A DNA stretch of 64,000 nt from an uncultured Desulfosarcina sp. GTDB lineage: Bacteria; Desulfobacterota; Desulfobacteria; Desulfobacterales; Desulfosarcinaceae. This document shows, one piece after another, positions 31,161-43,878 of this stretch (within the stretch, counting starts at the first letter, position 1; the number at the start of each line of letters is the position of its first letter). Below the pieces are notes generated by a model. The model ran no database searches and was not told the origin of the DNA. It worked only from the letters and a program-made list of their open reading frames with translations. A program made the translations under genes and the position numbers. Location: contig CAXXWQ010000004.1 of NCBI GenBank assembly GCA_963674945.2, positions 2,944,001-3,008,000 of the forward strand, given 5' to 3'.

Positions 31161-34100
31161 GCAACCAATGACAATCCTCGTCCGCCCGCAAGTGGCACCC
31201 TTGTGGGATGGCAAGCCCTTCTATCACGGGCAACTGGCACTGTTCTTCAGCCTCTGTTTCCGTCGCTGACGCCTGCCGGCTGTGTTCCCGGGCAATCAAC
31301 ATGTAGATGGACGGAATGACCAACAACGTAAAAGCCGTGCCGATGGTCATTCCCCCCACCAGCACCAGGCCGATGGAATTGCGGGCGGCGGCACCGGCGC
31401 CGCTGGCCAGGATCAGGGGGAAGTAGCCCACGATGGTGGCGGTGCTGGTCATCAGAACGGGACGCAGCCGTATCAGAACCGCCGCTTTGATGGCATCGCG
31501 CTTGGTCATGCCACGTACCTGCAGCTTGTTGGCGAATTCGACGATGAGGATTCCGTTCTTCGACACGACGCCAACCAGCGTCACCAACCCCACCTGGGAA
31601 TAGATGTTCAACGTCGTCGTCCATGATTCTGTCCAGAAAGCCACGTTGGGATCAGGCATCTTAAGGAAAGAGAAGATCAGAGCCCCGAACATGGCCAGAG
31701 GAACGGATCCGGCCAGAATGACGAAGGGATCACGGAAACTGTTGTACTGGGCGGCCAGGGTGAGGAAGATCATGATCAGCGCCAGTCCGAAGGCAGGAAG
31801 AAATTTGTTGCCTTCAGCACGCAGCTGTCGTGACTCGCCGGTGTAGTCGATGACGTAGCCCTGGGGCAGAATCTTTGCGGCTTCATCTTCGAGAAACGTC
31901 AACGCCTCATCCAGGGGCCGGATGGCGACGCCGGAAAGCTTCACCGCATTGAATTGCTGAAAGCGATTGATGGAGCGGGGTACGGTTCGGTACTCCACCC
32001 GGGCAATGGTACCCAGGGGAACCAGTCGGCCGTTTGGACCCGTCACGTAAACCGAATCGAGCTGTTCGGCGGTCAGCCGGTCGGTTCGTTGGATCTGCGG
32101 AATCACCTTGTAGCTTCGGCCGTCGATGCTGAATCGATTGACAAAATCACCGCCCACCAGAGAGGAGAGGTCCGATCCCACCTGCCCAAGATTCAATCCC
32201 AGGTCCGCGGTTTTGTCCCGGTCAATGACGATTTTCGCTTCGGGCTGGTCGATTTTCACATCGATGATCGGCGGAAATGCGAACATGCCGCTTTCGATTG
32301 CCTTTTGCTGCAACGTTTCGGCAAATCCGAGGATGATTTCCGGGTCTGCGGTCGCGGCCAGGATAAACTCCACCGGAAATTGGCCGCCGCCGGGAAGGGC
32401 TGGCGGGGTAACGGCAAACATGCGAATGCCCGGTATCTGCATCAGGCCCTGCTGCACCTCCGGCATGATATCGAAAACCGTGCGATCCCGTTCTTCCCAT
32501 GGGGAGAGCACCATTCCGCCGAATCCGGATGTCGGTGAGGTGATCTGGAAGGTGAATTCGGTTTCCGGAACGCCTAAGAAGACACGGTTGGCCGCCGCTG
32601 CATCGCGGCTGGTCTGATCGAGGGTGGCATTGGCCGCCGCATCCACGATGCCGAAGATGACGCCCTGGTCCTCGGTTGGCGCCAGCTCCTTGGCAGACAG
32701 GAGAAACATGGGGATGGTGGCCAGGCTCAAAAGCACCCACACCACATAAACCGCTGGCCGTGATCGAAGGCTCTTGTCCAGCAGTCGGCCGTAGAATCGT
32801 TGCAGGCCGCCGAAGACGCGGTCAATGTGTCCGGCCAGGCCGTTTTCGGCCGTGCCCGATTCCAGAAGCTTGGACGACATCATGGGTGAGAGGGTCAACG
32901 CCACCACCGTGGAAATGATCACCGCACCCGTCAGCGTGAAAGCGAACTCACGGAACAGGGATCCGGTCAATCCGCCTTGAATTCCGATTGGCGTGTAAAC
33001 GGCCGCCAACACGATGGTCGTCGCGATGACAGGCCCCACCAGCTCCCTGGCGCCGACCAGCGCCGCTTCTACCGGTGGTTTTCCCAATTGCAGATGGCGC
33101 TGCACATTCTCCACCATGACGATGGCGTCGTCCACCACCAGTCCCACGGCCAAGACGATGGCCAGCAGTGTCAAAAGGTTGATGCTGAAACCAAATACCT
33201 GCATTAAAAATAATCCACCGACAAGAGAGAGGGGAATGGCCAACATGGGAACCAGCGCCGACCGAATGGATCCCAGAAAGAGGAAGATGACGGCTGCCAC
33301 GATTACCAGGGTAATGACCAGGGTCTGGGTCACCTCCCCGATGGCATCGTCAATATACCGGGTCGCATCGTAGGCCACCCGGCCGGTCAGCCCGCTGGGA
33401 AGCGACTGGGTGATGGCGGCCATCTCCTTGCGGATCGCATTGATCACCTCCAGGGAATTGGCATTGGGCAGGGGCCATATCCCCATGAAGACCGCTGTCT
33501 GGCCGGAAAAACGAACCTCGGTGTCGTAGTCTTCCGAACCCAGCACCACATCGGCCACATCCGAAAGCCGTACCAGTGCGCCTCCCTGCTCTTTCACAAC
33601 CAGACGGTTGAACTCCTCCACCGAGGTCAGGTCGGTATCGGCGGAAAGGTTTACCTGAACAAGGGCCCCTTTGGTCTGCCCCACGGCGGCGATGAAATTG
33701 TTGGCCGCAAGGGCTCGTCGAACCTGCACCGGGCTGACATTGAATGCGGCCATGCGATCCGGTTTCAGCCAGATGCGCATGGCGAAGGTGCGTGCACCCA
33801 AAATGTCCGCCCGCTGCACGCCGGCCACGGCCGACAGGCGCGGTTGGACCACCCGTACAAGATAGTCGGTAATCTGGTTCTGTTGTAGGATTTCCGAGGT
33901 GAAACTGAGATACGCCGAGGCAAATTCACTGTCGGCGGATTCGATATTGATGGTGGGCACCTCGGCTTCCGGCGGCAGGTCACCGCGCACCTGGTCGACC
34001 TTTGCGCTGATCTCCGACATCGCCTTCACGGCGTCTGTGTTAAGCTCGAGCCGGGCGGTAATGGTGGAAACCCCCAGTCGGCTCGCAGATTCGATATAAT

Positions 34101-34332
34101 CGATTCCATCGGCACTGGCGATGGCACGCTCAAGAGGTGTGGTAATGAATCCGCTCACCAATTCGGCACTGGCACCCACATAGGCCGTGGTCACGGTTAC
34201 CGCCGCATTGTCGCTTCTGGGGTACTGGCGGACATTCAACGTCACCAACGCCTGAAGGCCGGCAATGATGATGAGCAGACTGAGCACCACGGAAAGCACC
34301 GGACGTCTGATGAAGATATCGGTTATGTTCAT
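31111..34332 (-). CDS. RND efflux permease (AcrB-like)
   Basis: FIRRPV start, GLVVDDAIVMVEN, KNGILIVEFA, RLRPVLMT. Confidence 0.95.
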   Translation of the reverse strand: MNITDIFIRRPVLSVVLSLLIIIAGLQALVTLNVRQYPRSDNAAVTVTTAYVGASAELVSGFITTPLERAIASADGIDYIESASRLGVSTITARLELNTDAVKAMSEISAKVDQVRGDLPPEAEVPTINIESADSEFASAYLSFTSEILQQNQITDYLVRVVQPRLSAVAGVQRADILGARTFAMRIWLKPDRMAAFNVSPVQVRRALAANNFIAAVGQTKGALVQVNLSADTDLTSVEEFNRLVVKEQGGALVRLSDVADVVLGSEDYDTEVRFSGQTAVFMGIWPLPNANSLEVINAIRKEMAAITQSLPSGLTGRVAYDATRYIDDAIGEVTQTLVITLVIVAAVIFLFLGSIRSALVPMLAIPLSLVGGLFLMQVFGFSINLLTLLAIVLAVGLVVDDAIVMVENVQRHLQLGKPPVEAALVGARELVGPVIATTIVLAAVYTPIGIQGGLTGSLFREFAFTLTGAVIISTVVALTLSPMMSSKLLESGTAENGLAGHIDRVFGGLQRFYGRLLDKSLRSRPAVYVVWVLLSLATIPMFLLSAKELAPTEDQGVIFGIVDAAANATLDQTSRDAAAANRVFLGVPETEFTFQITSPTSGFGGMVLSPWEERDRTVFDIMPEVQQGLMQIPGIRMFAVTPPALPGGGQFPVEFILAATADPEIILGFAETLQQKAIESGMFAFPPIIDVKIDQPEAKIVIDRDKTADLGLNLGQVGSDLSSLVGGDFVNRFSIDGRSYKVIPQIQRTDRLTAEQLDSVYVTGPNGRLVPLGTIARVEYRTVPRSINRFQQFNAVKLSGVAIRPLDEALTFLEDEAAKILPQGYVIDYTGESRQLRAEGNKFLPAFGLALIMIFLTLAAQYNSFRDPFVILAGSVPLAMFGALIFSFLKMPDPNVAFWTESWTTTLNIYSQVGLVTLVGVVSKNGILIVEFANKLQVRGMTKRDAIKAAVLIRLRPVLMTSTATIVGYFPLILASGAGAAARNSIGLVLVGGMTIGTAFTLLVIPSIYMLIAREHSRQASATETEAEEQCQLPVIEGLAIPQGCHLRADEDCHWLLNCKGKVIELVPGKAA

Positions 34333-34344
34333 GGTTCACCCACC

Positions 34345-35478
34345 TTACGCGTTTTCGGGACGGGGGTTGAGATCGAATTCGGGAGAGAGGGAGTTGTCGA
34401 CCACAACCGACATGCCGTTGCGCAGTTTGAACACCCCCGTGCTCACCACCTGCTCTCCGGCCTGAAGGCCGCCGACAACGGCTACGAAATCGCCACGCTT
34501 TTCCCCAAGCTGAACGAACTGCTGACGAAGCACCTGGCGCGGCTGACCCATGTCGTCTGTCCGGGCTTCGACCACAAACACCGAATCGCTGTAAGGTGCG
34601 TACAGCACCGCCGTCGCGGGTACGGTCAACACCGGCTGTTTGTCCGGCAAGATGATACGAACCCTGGCGAACATGCCCGGACGAAGGTGCTCATCCTCAT
34701 TTTCCATGGTGGCCTGAATGGTGACGTTTCGCGTGTCCGGATCCACACCAGGACCGATTGCCGTGATGCTGCCCGCCACCGTCATTTCACCATCTTCCGT
34801 CGGTTGTGCATGAACTCGAAGTCCGGTCTCGAGTTTGGTCAATTTTTGCTGGGGAAGCTGAAAGGTAACGTATATGGGATTTAGGGATAATAGGGAGACC
34901 ACTTCTTGCCCCGGCTTTAGGACTTCGCCCAGATCGACCTTGCGAATGCCCAGCCGGCCCGCGAAAGGCGCCCGAATGGTTTTTTTGGCGATGACGGCCC
35001 GAATGGTCTCAACTTCGGCGACTGCCTGTTCGTATTGGGCCTGGGCATCGTCCAGGACCGATTGGGTGGCGACCTTCTCCGCGTTGAGCAGCTTCGCCCG
35101 ATCCAATTCCTTTCGTGCCAGTTTCGCACGACTCTCGGCCGCCCGCAGACGGGCCTGTTCCTCCAAGACATCCTGCTGAACCAAAAGCTGGCCTTCCTCG
35201 ATCCGCGCACCCGATGAGAACGCGATCCGGGTCACCTTTCCGGACAATTCCGCCGTTATCGCGACACCCTGTACGGCTTCCAATGTGCCCACTGCCGTGA
35301 GAGTGTTTTCCCACACTGACCGCTGCACCGTCGCCGCAGTTACGGTCTGTGGCGGCGGCACGAAGGCTTCGCTCTGGGCCACCATGCGGCCGATCTGCAG
35401 GCCCTTGATCGTTCCCAGGCCAACCAGCACCGCAACCACGCCAAATACGGCAATCAGGATTTTCATGTACATTTTCAT
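34345..35478 (-). CDS. RND periplasmic adaptor (membrane fusion protein)
   Basis: IRAPFAGRLG, LRPGMFA, VPATAV; directly upstream of the RND permease. Confidence 0.93.
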   Translation of the reverse strand: MKMYMKILIAVFGVVAVLVGLGTIKGLQIGRMVAQSEAFVPPPQTVTAATVQRSVWENTLTAVGTLEAVQGVAITAELSGKVTRIAFSSGARIEEGQLLVQQDVLEEQARLRAAESRAKLARKELDRAKLLNAEKVATQSVLDDAQAQYEQAVAEVETIRAVIAKKTIRAPFAGRLGIRKVDLGEVLKPGQEVVSLLSLNPIYVTFQLPQQKLTKLETGLRVHAQPTEDGEMTVAGSITAIGPGVDPDTRNVTIQATMENEDEHLRPGMFARVRIILPDKQPVLTVPATAVLYAPYSDSVFVVEARTDDMGQPRQVLRQQFVQLGEKRGDFVAVVGGLQAGEQVVSTGVFKLRNGMSVVVDNSLSPEFDLNPRPENA

Positions 35479-35681
35479 ATCTGCTCACCCCCACGCGATG
35501 TTGTTGGATCTTATTGTGGAAGATCTTACAGTGGCACTCATTGGAGTATCCACTTTCTGAAGATTAGTATCTCAGAAAAATGACGACGGGCACGGCGATG
35601 TCAATGAGGGGGTCTTGGGGGTAGAGTGATAGTATCGGTGATAGTCCATGTCGGAATGGCTGGATGTTCAATGTTCGTCGT

Positions 35682-36686
35682 TTAGGGTACGATCTCCTCT
35701 TTCAGCATACAGCAGGCAATCTTGTAAGCAGGTTTTCCGTTACTGCCGGAAGGCAGGTTGGCGGGCTGAATGATGCGGTTCATGACGCATCCTTCGGGTA
35801 TGGTAAGGGGAAACAGATCCGCTTCGTTCACCTTGGGACGATGAACCAGGCGGTCGCTTATAATTTCAAGGCTGTGCAAGGGATAGTCTTCGCATAAGGG
35901 GCAGCGGTACACCCGGCCATTGGGAAAAATAAAATAGTTGTCCGCAACCAGTCCCGCACACTCGAAGACCTCGTCGGATGAAAGGAACACCTTCGGGAAC
36001 GTGACATGAATTTTTCTGAGGGCCGCCTCTTCCGCCACCCGGGGGATGACTTCCAGCCAGAGGTCCCGATCCACCTGGGCAAGGGCGTCTTTCGTCTTTG
36101 TATCTTCGACCCATTTTCCCCGGATGCCGATCACCTGAATGAAAAAACGATCCACCCCCAATTGAGCAAGAAGTGCTGGCATGTAATGCAGATGCCCGAT
36201 GTTCGCCATACTGACCGTATAGATCAAGCTGACGGCAAATCCTCGCCGCTTTGCCTCGGTTATGCCGCGGGCACATTGTTCGAAGCTTCCCTCTCCCCGG
36301 AGCGGATCGTTGATGTCGGTGCTGGGACCGTCCATGCTGAAACTGAAAAAATCCACTTCTTCCGGCGTTACCCGATCCAGTATATCATGAAACAGGTATC
36401 CATTGGTGTCGATCGTTACCGAGGCATATCCCAATTGCCGAGACCGTTTTACGGCAGCGGAGAGATCCGGGTGCAGGGTGGGTTCGCCACCTAAAAAAAT
36501 AACGTTGGGCGATCGATGGCGATGAACGAACAATTGAAGCCAGCGATCAATGGTTTCCATGGAAAGGGTCCGGCGGCCGTGTTGCTCTGGATTGATGTAG
36601 CAATGCCGGCAGTGAAGGTTGCATTGGGTCAGCAGGTGAAAGAAGATGTTTGCCGCACGACGGGTGAAGGAGACGGTTCTTCGCAT
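35682..36686 (-). CDS. Radical SAM protein with additional C-terminal cysteines
   Basis: CNLHCRHC, GGEP, TNG; C-terminal FECAG, YRCPLC, EGC, ACC. Confidence 0.88.
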   Translation of the reverse strand: MRRTVSFTRRAANIFFHLLTQCNLHCRHCYINPEQHGRRTLSMETIDRWLQLFVHRHRSPNVIFLGGEPTLHPDLSAAVKRSRQLGYASVTIDTNGYLFHDILDRVTPEEVDFFSFSMDGPSTDINDPLRGEGSFEQCARGITEAKRRGFAVSLIYTVSMANIGHLHYMPALLAQLGVDRFFIQVIGIRGKWVEDTKTKDALAQVDRDLWLEVIPRVAEEAALRKIHVTFPKVFLSSDEVFECAGLVADNYFIFPNGRVYRCPLCEDYPLHSLEIISDRLVHRPKVNEADLFPLTIPEGCVMNRIIQPANLPSGSNGKPAYKIACCMLKEEIVP

Positions 36687-36706
36687 AGGGATTTTATTCG
36701 TATTGC

Positions 36707-36851
36707 CGTAAGCGTTCGATTTCCAGACGGCTTTGGTTGGCGTTCGCGATCAAGGCTTGCGAGCCCCGAGGAATGAGGCGAACACGCGAGTATGCTGCAG
36801 TGACGAGGGATGAAGCGCAGGCGCAGATATCGAGATTTAACCAAAGCTGTC
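36707..36851. repeat. Copy of the intergenic palindromic repeat (MITE/REP-like) family
   Basis: Core gatcaaggcttgcg..ggaatgaggcg..gcagtgacga..gatgaagcg..gatatcg shared with 43493-43648; arms 36726-36738 and 36839-36851 pair. Confidence 0.8.
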
Positions 36852-36853
36852 GT

Positions 36854-37369
36854 TTAATCCGGGAGGTTCCCTCCGAGCCGCCTCACCTCTTTTCTCGCCT
36901 GGATCAATTCCTCGTTGGTGAGACGGAGGCGCTGGGTCATGTACTCTGCGAAAATTCGGTAGAGCAAAAGAAGGAAGTCGAGGCGTTCGTCCTTTTGATC
37001 AGAGGAGGAGAGCCGATTTCCTGCCGACGTGTCCACGGCCAGACAAACGGTCTTGCCGACGGCATACACCGTTGCGCTTCGGATCTGATCGTCGATGATG
37101 CGCATCTCGCCGAAGATTTCACCTTTTTTATCGATTGTGCTTATATCTTCCCCGGCTTTTGCGATCCGAATCTTACCGTTGAGTAGAAAGTAGAGCCAGG
37201 GATCGATGTCCCCTTCGGTGATGATGGCTTCACCGTCTTCGTATTGGCGAATCTTGCTGAGGCGAAGCAGTTTCCCCAGGTTTCGGGTTTCGAAATGCTT
37301 CAGCGTCGAAAGAGACATAAGCCTCTGAATATTTTCGATATTTTCCTTTAGGTATTTGGATTCGATCAT
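36854..37369 (-). CDS. Cyclic-nucleotide-binding domain protein
   Basis: IITEGD..LYFLLNGKI, GEIFGEM, RSATV; no HTH. Confidence 0.88.
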   Translation of the reverse strand: MIESKYLKENIENIQRLMSLSTLKHFETRNLGKLLRLSKIRQYEDGEAIITEGDIDPWLYFLLNGKIRIAKAGEDISTIDKKGEIFGEMRIIDDQIRSATVYAVGKTVCLAVDTSAGNRLSSSDQKDERLDFLLLLYRIFAEYMTQRLRLTNEELIQARKEVRRLGGNLPD

Positions 37370-37492
37370 GGGGTCTCCCGATGCGAAAAGATTCTATTCA
37401 GTAGCGCTGCGATTCGGCTGCACCCTGCTGAAGGCTATCGAAAATCCACCTGGTCGCATCTTACTGATATGTGCCGGTAAAGGCAAGCCTCC

Positions 37493-38932
37493 TTATCCCA
37501 TCTCCATGCAATTTTTGGTAAGATTCTCATCAAAAGAGACAGGGTAGCATCCATCGAAGCAGGCCTTGCAGAACTGGTTTTCCGGATTCTCCATGCCCGT
37601 GGATGCGAGCAATCCGTCGAGACTCAGGTATTGCAAAGAATCGAGTCCCAGATATTTGCCAAGCTCCTTTACGTTCATCTTCGCTGCGATCAATTCCCCC
37701 TTCGTGGAGAAATCGATGCCATAGTGACAGGGAAACCGGTGGGGCGGCCCGCTGACCCGCAGATGTACTCGCTTGACGCCCAATTCCCGAAGCGCCTTGA
37801 CCCTGGTCTTGGCCGTTGTGCCCCGAATGATGGAATCTTCGATAATGATGATGTCCTTGCCTTTCAGCACCTCCTTGATGGGATTGAGCTTCACGCGAAC
37901 GCCGAAGTCCCGCATGCTCTGGGTGGGCTGGATGAAGGTTCGACCCACATAGTGGTTTCGGATCATTCCCGTTTCAAAGGGAATTTGAGATTCTTCCGAA
38001 TAGCCCAGTGCCGCGTATACGCCCGAATCGGGAAAGGGCATGACAAGGTCTGCATCCACCCCAGACTCCCTTGCCAGCTGTCGGCCATGGGCCTTGCGGG
38101 TAAGGTAGACGTTGTGTCCGAAGAAGGTGGAGTCGGGCCGGGCGAAATAGATGAACTCGAAAATGCAAAAGGCACGTCGATTGGGGGTGCTGGTGTGGAT
38201 GCTCTTCACACCGTCCCGGCTGATGATAACGATCTCGCCGGGATCCAGTTCACGAACGAATTCTGCCTGTACCAGGTCCAGGGCGCAGGTCTCCGAGGCC
38301 AATACCCAAGAGCCGTTGAGTTTGCCAAGGCAAAGGGGACGAAATCCGTTGGGATCCTTGATTCCGATCAACTCGCCCCGGCTGGTCAGCATAATCAGGG
38401 AGAAGGCGCCCTTGAGCCGGGCAACGGTGGCTTTCAGGGCCTCTTCAAACCCGAGGCTGATGTTGCGGACGAAAAGGTGCAGGAACACCTCCGAGTCCAT
38501 TGTGGTCTGGAAAATTGAACCGGCGTCTTCCAGATCGGCCTTGATGGTGTGGGCGTTCACCAGATTCCCATTGTGCGCCACAGCATAGGCACGATTTCGA
38601 TGCCGAATCACCAGGGGCTGGACGTTGGCGACCACCGAGCTTCCGGTTGTGGAATAGCGAACGTGTCCGACGGCGCTGGGGCCGTTGAGACCGTCCAGCG
38701 TATCCATGTCGAAGACGTCGGGAACGAGTCCCATTCCCTTGTACTCGTCGATTCTCCCATTATCGGCCACGGCGATACCGGCACTCTCCTGGCCCCGATG
38801 CTGAAGGGCGTAGATGCCGAAGTAACAGAGTGTTGCCGCATCCGGATGGTCGAAGACGCCGAACAGGCCGCAGGCTTCACGGGGCTTGTCTTCTTCGATG
38901 AATTCGGGTGCTTCGGGTTCCATTAATTTCAT
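37493..38932 (-). CDS. purF: Amidophosphoribosyltransferase
   Basis: Propeptide + CGLFG, LQHRGQE, GHVRYST, HNGN, PRPP site IEDSIIRGTT, Fe-S cysteines. Confidence 0.97.
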   Translation of the reverse strand: MKLMEPEAPEFIEEDKPREACGLFGVFDHPDAATLCYFGIYALQHRGQESAGIAVADNGRIDEYKGMGLVPDVFDMDTLDGLNGPSAVGHVRYSTTGSSVVANVQPLVIRHRNRAYAVAHNGNLVNAHTIKADLEDAGSIFQTTMDSEVFLHLFVRNISLGFEEALKATVARLKGAFSLIMLTSRGELIGIKDPNGFRPLCLGKLNGSWVLASETCALDLVQAEFVRELDPGEIVIISRDGVKSIHTSTPNRRAFCIFEFIYFARPDSTFFGHNVYLTRKAHGRQLARESGVDADLVMPFPDSGVYAALGYSEESQIPFETGMIRNHYVGRTFIQPTQSMRDFGVRVKLNPIKEVLKGKDIIIIEDSIIRGTTAKTRVKALRELGVKRVHLRVSGPPHRFPCHYGIDFSTKGELIAAKMNVKELGKYLGLDSLQYLSLDGLLASTGMENPENQFCKACFDGCYPVSFDENLTKNCMEMG

Positions 38933-38998
38933 TGTCAGCTTCTCTTGGAAATCGTTGAGAATTGCATAAGGGCTGTCCCCATCGAACGTGCAAAAATC

Positions 38999-42253
<3,255 letters not shown>

Positions 42254-42262
42254 GTATGTCGC

Positions 42263-42305
42263 TATTCCGAGGATAAAATTTTGCGCATAACATAAAGATA
42301 TCGAG
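42263..42305. repeat. Right-half remnant of the repeat variant at 43750-43876
   Basis: tattccgaggataaaattttgcgcataac..aagatatcg closely matches 43817-43858. Confidence 0.75.
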
Positions 42306-42330
42306 GCCTTAATGAATCCGCCTCCCAGAT

Positions 42331-43467
42331 TCAGGCGGTTTTCATCATGGCCCTGAACTGGTCGAACAAATAAGCAGCGTCATGGGGTCCCGGTGATGCC
42401 TCCGGGTGGTATTGAACGGAAAATGCCGGCAATCGGCGATGGCGAATACCCTCCACGGTGTCATCGTTCAGGTTGATGTGGGTTACCTGCACATCGCCGG
42501 CATCCAGGCTCTTCATGTCCACTGCAAAACCGTGGTTTTGGGAGGTGATCTCCACGCGGCCGGTGGCCAGATTCTTCACCGGCTGATTGGCGCCCCGATG
42601 GCCGAACTTGAGCTTGTAGGTCTTGCCACCCAATGCCAGTCCCAGAATCTGGTTTCCCAGGCAGATGCCGAAAATCGGCAATCGTCCCAAAAGCTCCCTG
42701 ACCGTTTCGACCCCATAGGTTACCGGCTCCGGATCACCTGGCCCGTTGGAGAGAAACAGGCCGTCGGGGGCCATGGCCAGGATGGTCGAAGGATCCGTCT
42801 TGGCCGGCAGTATCATCACCTCGAAGCCGACCCGATCCAGGCAGCGGGCGATGTTGTATTTGAGGCCGAAATCCATTGCCACCACCGACGGGCGACTGTC
42901 ACTGCATCGCCAGATACCGGAATCCAGTTTATCATCCCCGTTCAGCGGTTCAGGCCTGCCGTCGATCCACCGGTAGGGATTGGCCGTCGTCACATGCCGG
43001 GCCAGATCCAGCCCCACCATGCTGGGCAGGGCCTTGGCGCGGCGGGTCAACGATTCGGCGTCCAGATCGCTGGTGGAGATGATGGCGCGCATGGCCCCCC
43101 GGTTTCGGATGTGGCGGGTCAGTGCCCGGGTATCCAGTTCTTCCACACCCATGATCCCCTGGCTGGAAAGGTACTCGGCAAGGGAACCGGCTGCCCGGTA
43201 GTTGCTGTAAAAGTGCTGGTACTCCTTAACAAGGAAGGCGGCCACCTGGATGCGATCCGATTCCACGTCTTCCAGGTTGACACCGTAGTTTCCAATCAGC
43301 GGATAGGTCATGGCAACCATCTGTCCGCTGTAGGAGGGGTCGGTAAGGACCTCCTGGTAGCCGGACATGCTGGTGTTGAACACCACCTCGCCGCTGGCTT
43401 CACCCGCACCGGTGAAAGAGCGACAGGAAAAGGTGCGCCCGTCCTCGAGTGTTAGCAGTGCTTCCAT
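42331..43467 (-). CDS. carA: Carbamoyl-phosphate synthase small subunit
   Basis: [43 protein letters not shown]. Confidence 0.98.
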   Translation of the reverse strand: MEALLTLEDGRTFSCRSFTGAGEASGEVVFNTSMSGYQEVLTDPSYSGQMVAMTYPLIGNYGVNLEDVESDRIQVAAFLVKEYQHFYSNYRAAGSLAEYLSSQGIMGVEELDTRALTRHIRNRGAMRAIISTSDLDAESLTRRAKALPSMVGLDLARHVTTANPYRWIDGRPEPLNGDDKLDSGIWRCSDSRPSVVAMDFGLKYNIARCLDRVGFEVMILPAKTDPSTILAMAPDGLFLSNGPGDPEPVTYGVETVRELLGRLPIFGICLGNQILGLALGGKTYKLKFGHRGANQPVKNLATGRVEITSQNHGFAVDMKSLDAGDVQVTHINLNDDTVEGIRHRRLPAFSVQYHPEASPGPHDAAYLFDQFRAMMKTA

Positions 43468-43492
43468 CGTATCCGTAATTTATATGCGAATT

Positions 43493-43648
43493 TTGATGAA
43501 CTCGTAAAAAGTCGCTGTCCGGAGGGATTCGTAAAAAGCCCGAGATCAAGGCTTGCGAATCCGTAAGGAATGAGGCGTACTGATCCTACTCCGCAGTGAC
43601 GAAGGATGAAGCGTAACGACGATATCGGACTTTTTACGAATCCCTCAA
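43493..43648. repeat. Full copy of the intergenic palindromic repeat (MITE/REP-like)
   Basis: ttga...tcaa ends; 17-bp inverted repeat gagggattcgtaaaaag / ctttttacgaatccctc. Confidence 0.85.
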
Positions 43649-43697
43649 TTTTAATTTTCAGGTCAATTACCACATCTGACCGGCAAATCAACCCTTT

Positions 43698-43726
43698 AAA
43701 AAAGGCAGGCGAGGCCTGCCTTTTTT
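43698..43726. terminator. Bidirectional intrinsic terminator downstream of the glutamate synthase operon
   Basis: aaaaaaggcaggc-gag-gcctgcctttttt. Confidence 0.85.
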
Positions 43727-43749
43727 ACGGGTTCTTTCTTATTGGTTTC

Positions 43750-43876
43750 GTGGAAATGAGGGCTTTTGGTCGAGATCGAGGCTTGCGCAACGATTTTACC
43801 AGAGGCATATAAGTAATATTCCGAGGATAAAATCTTTGCGCCTAACGAAGATATCGGGCAAAATAACCATTTCCAC
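43750..43876. repeat. Variant copy of the palindromic repeat family
   Basis: Terminal IR gtggaaatg/catttccac; shared cgagatcgaggcttgcg and taacgaagatatcgg; inner pair gcgcaacgatttta/taaaatctttgcgc. Confidence 0.75.
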
Positions 43877-43878
43877 CG

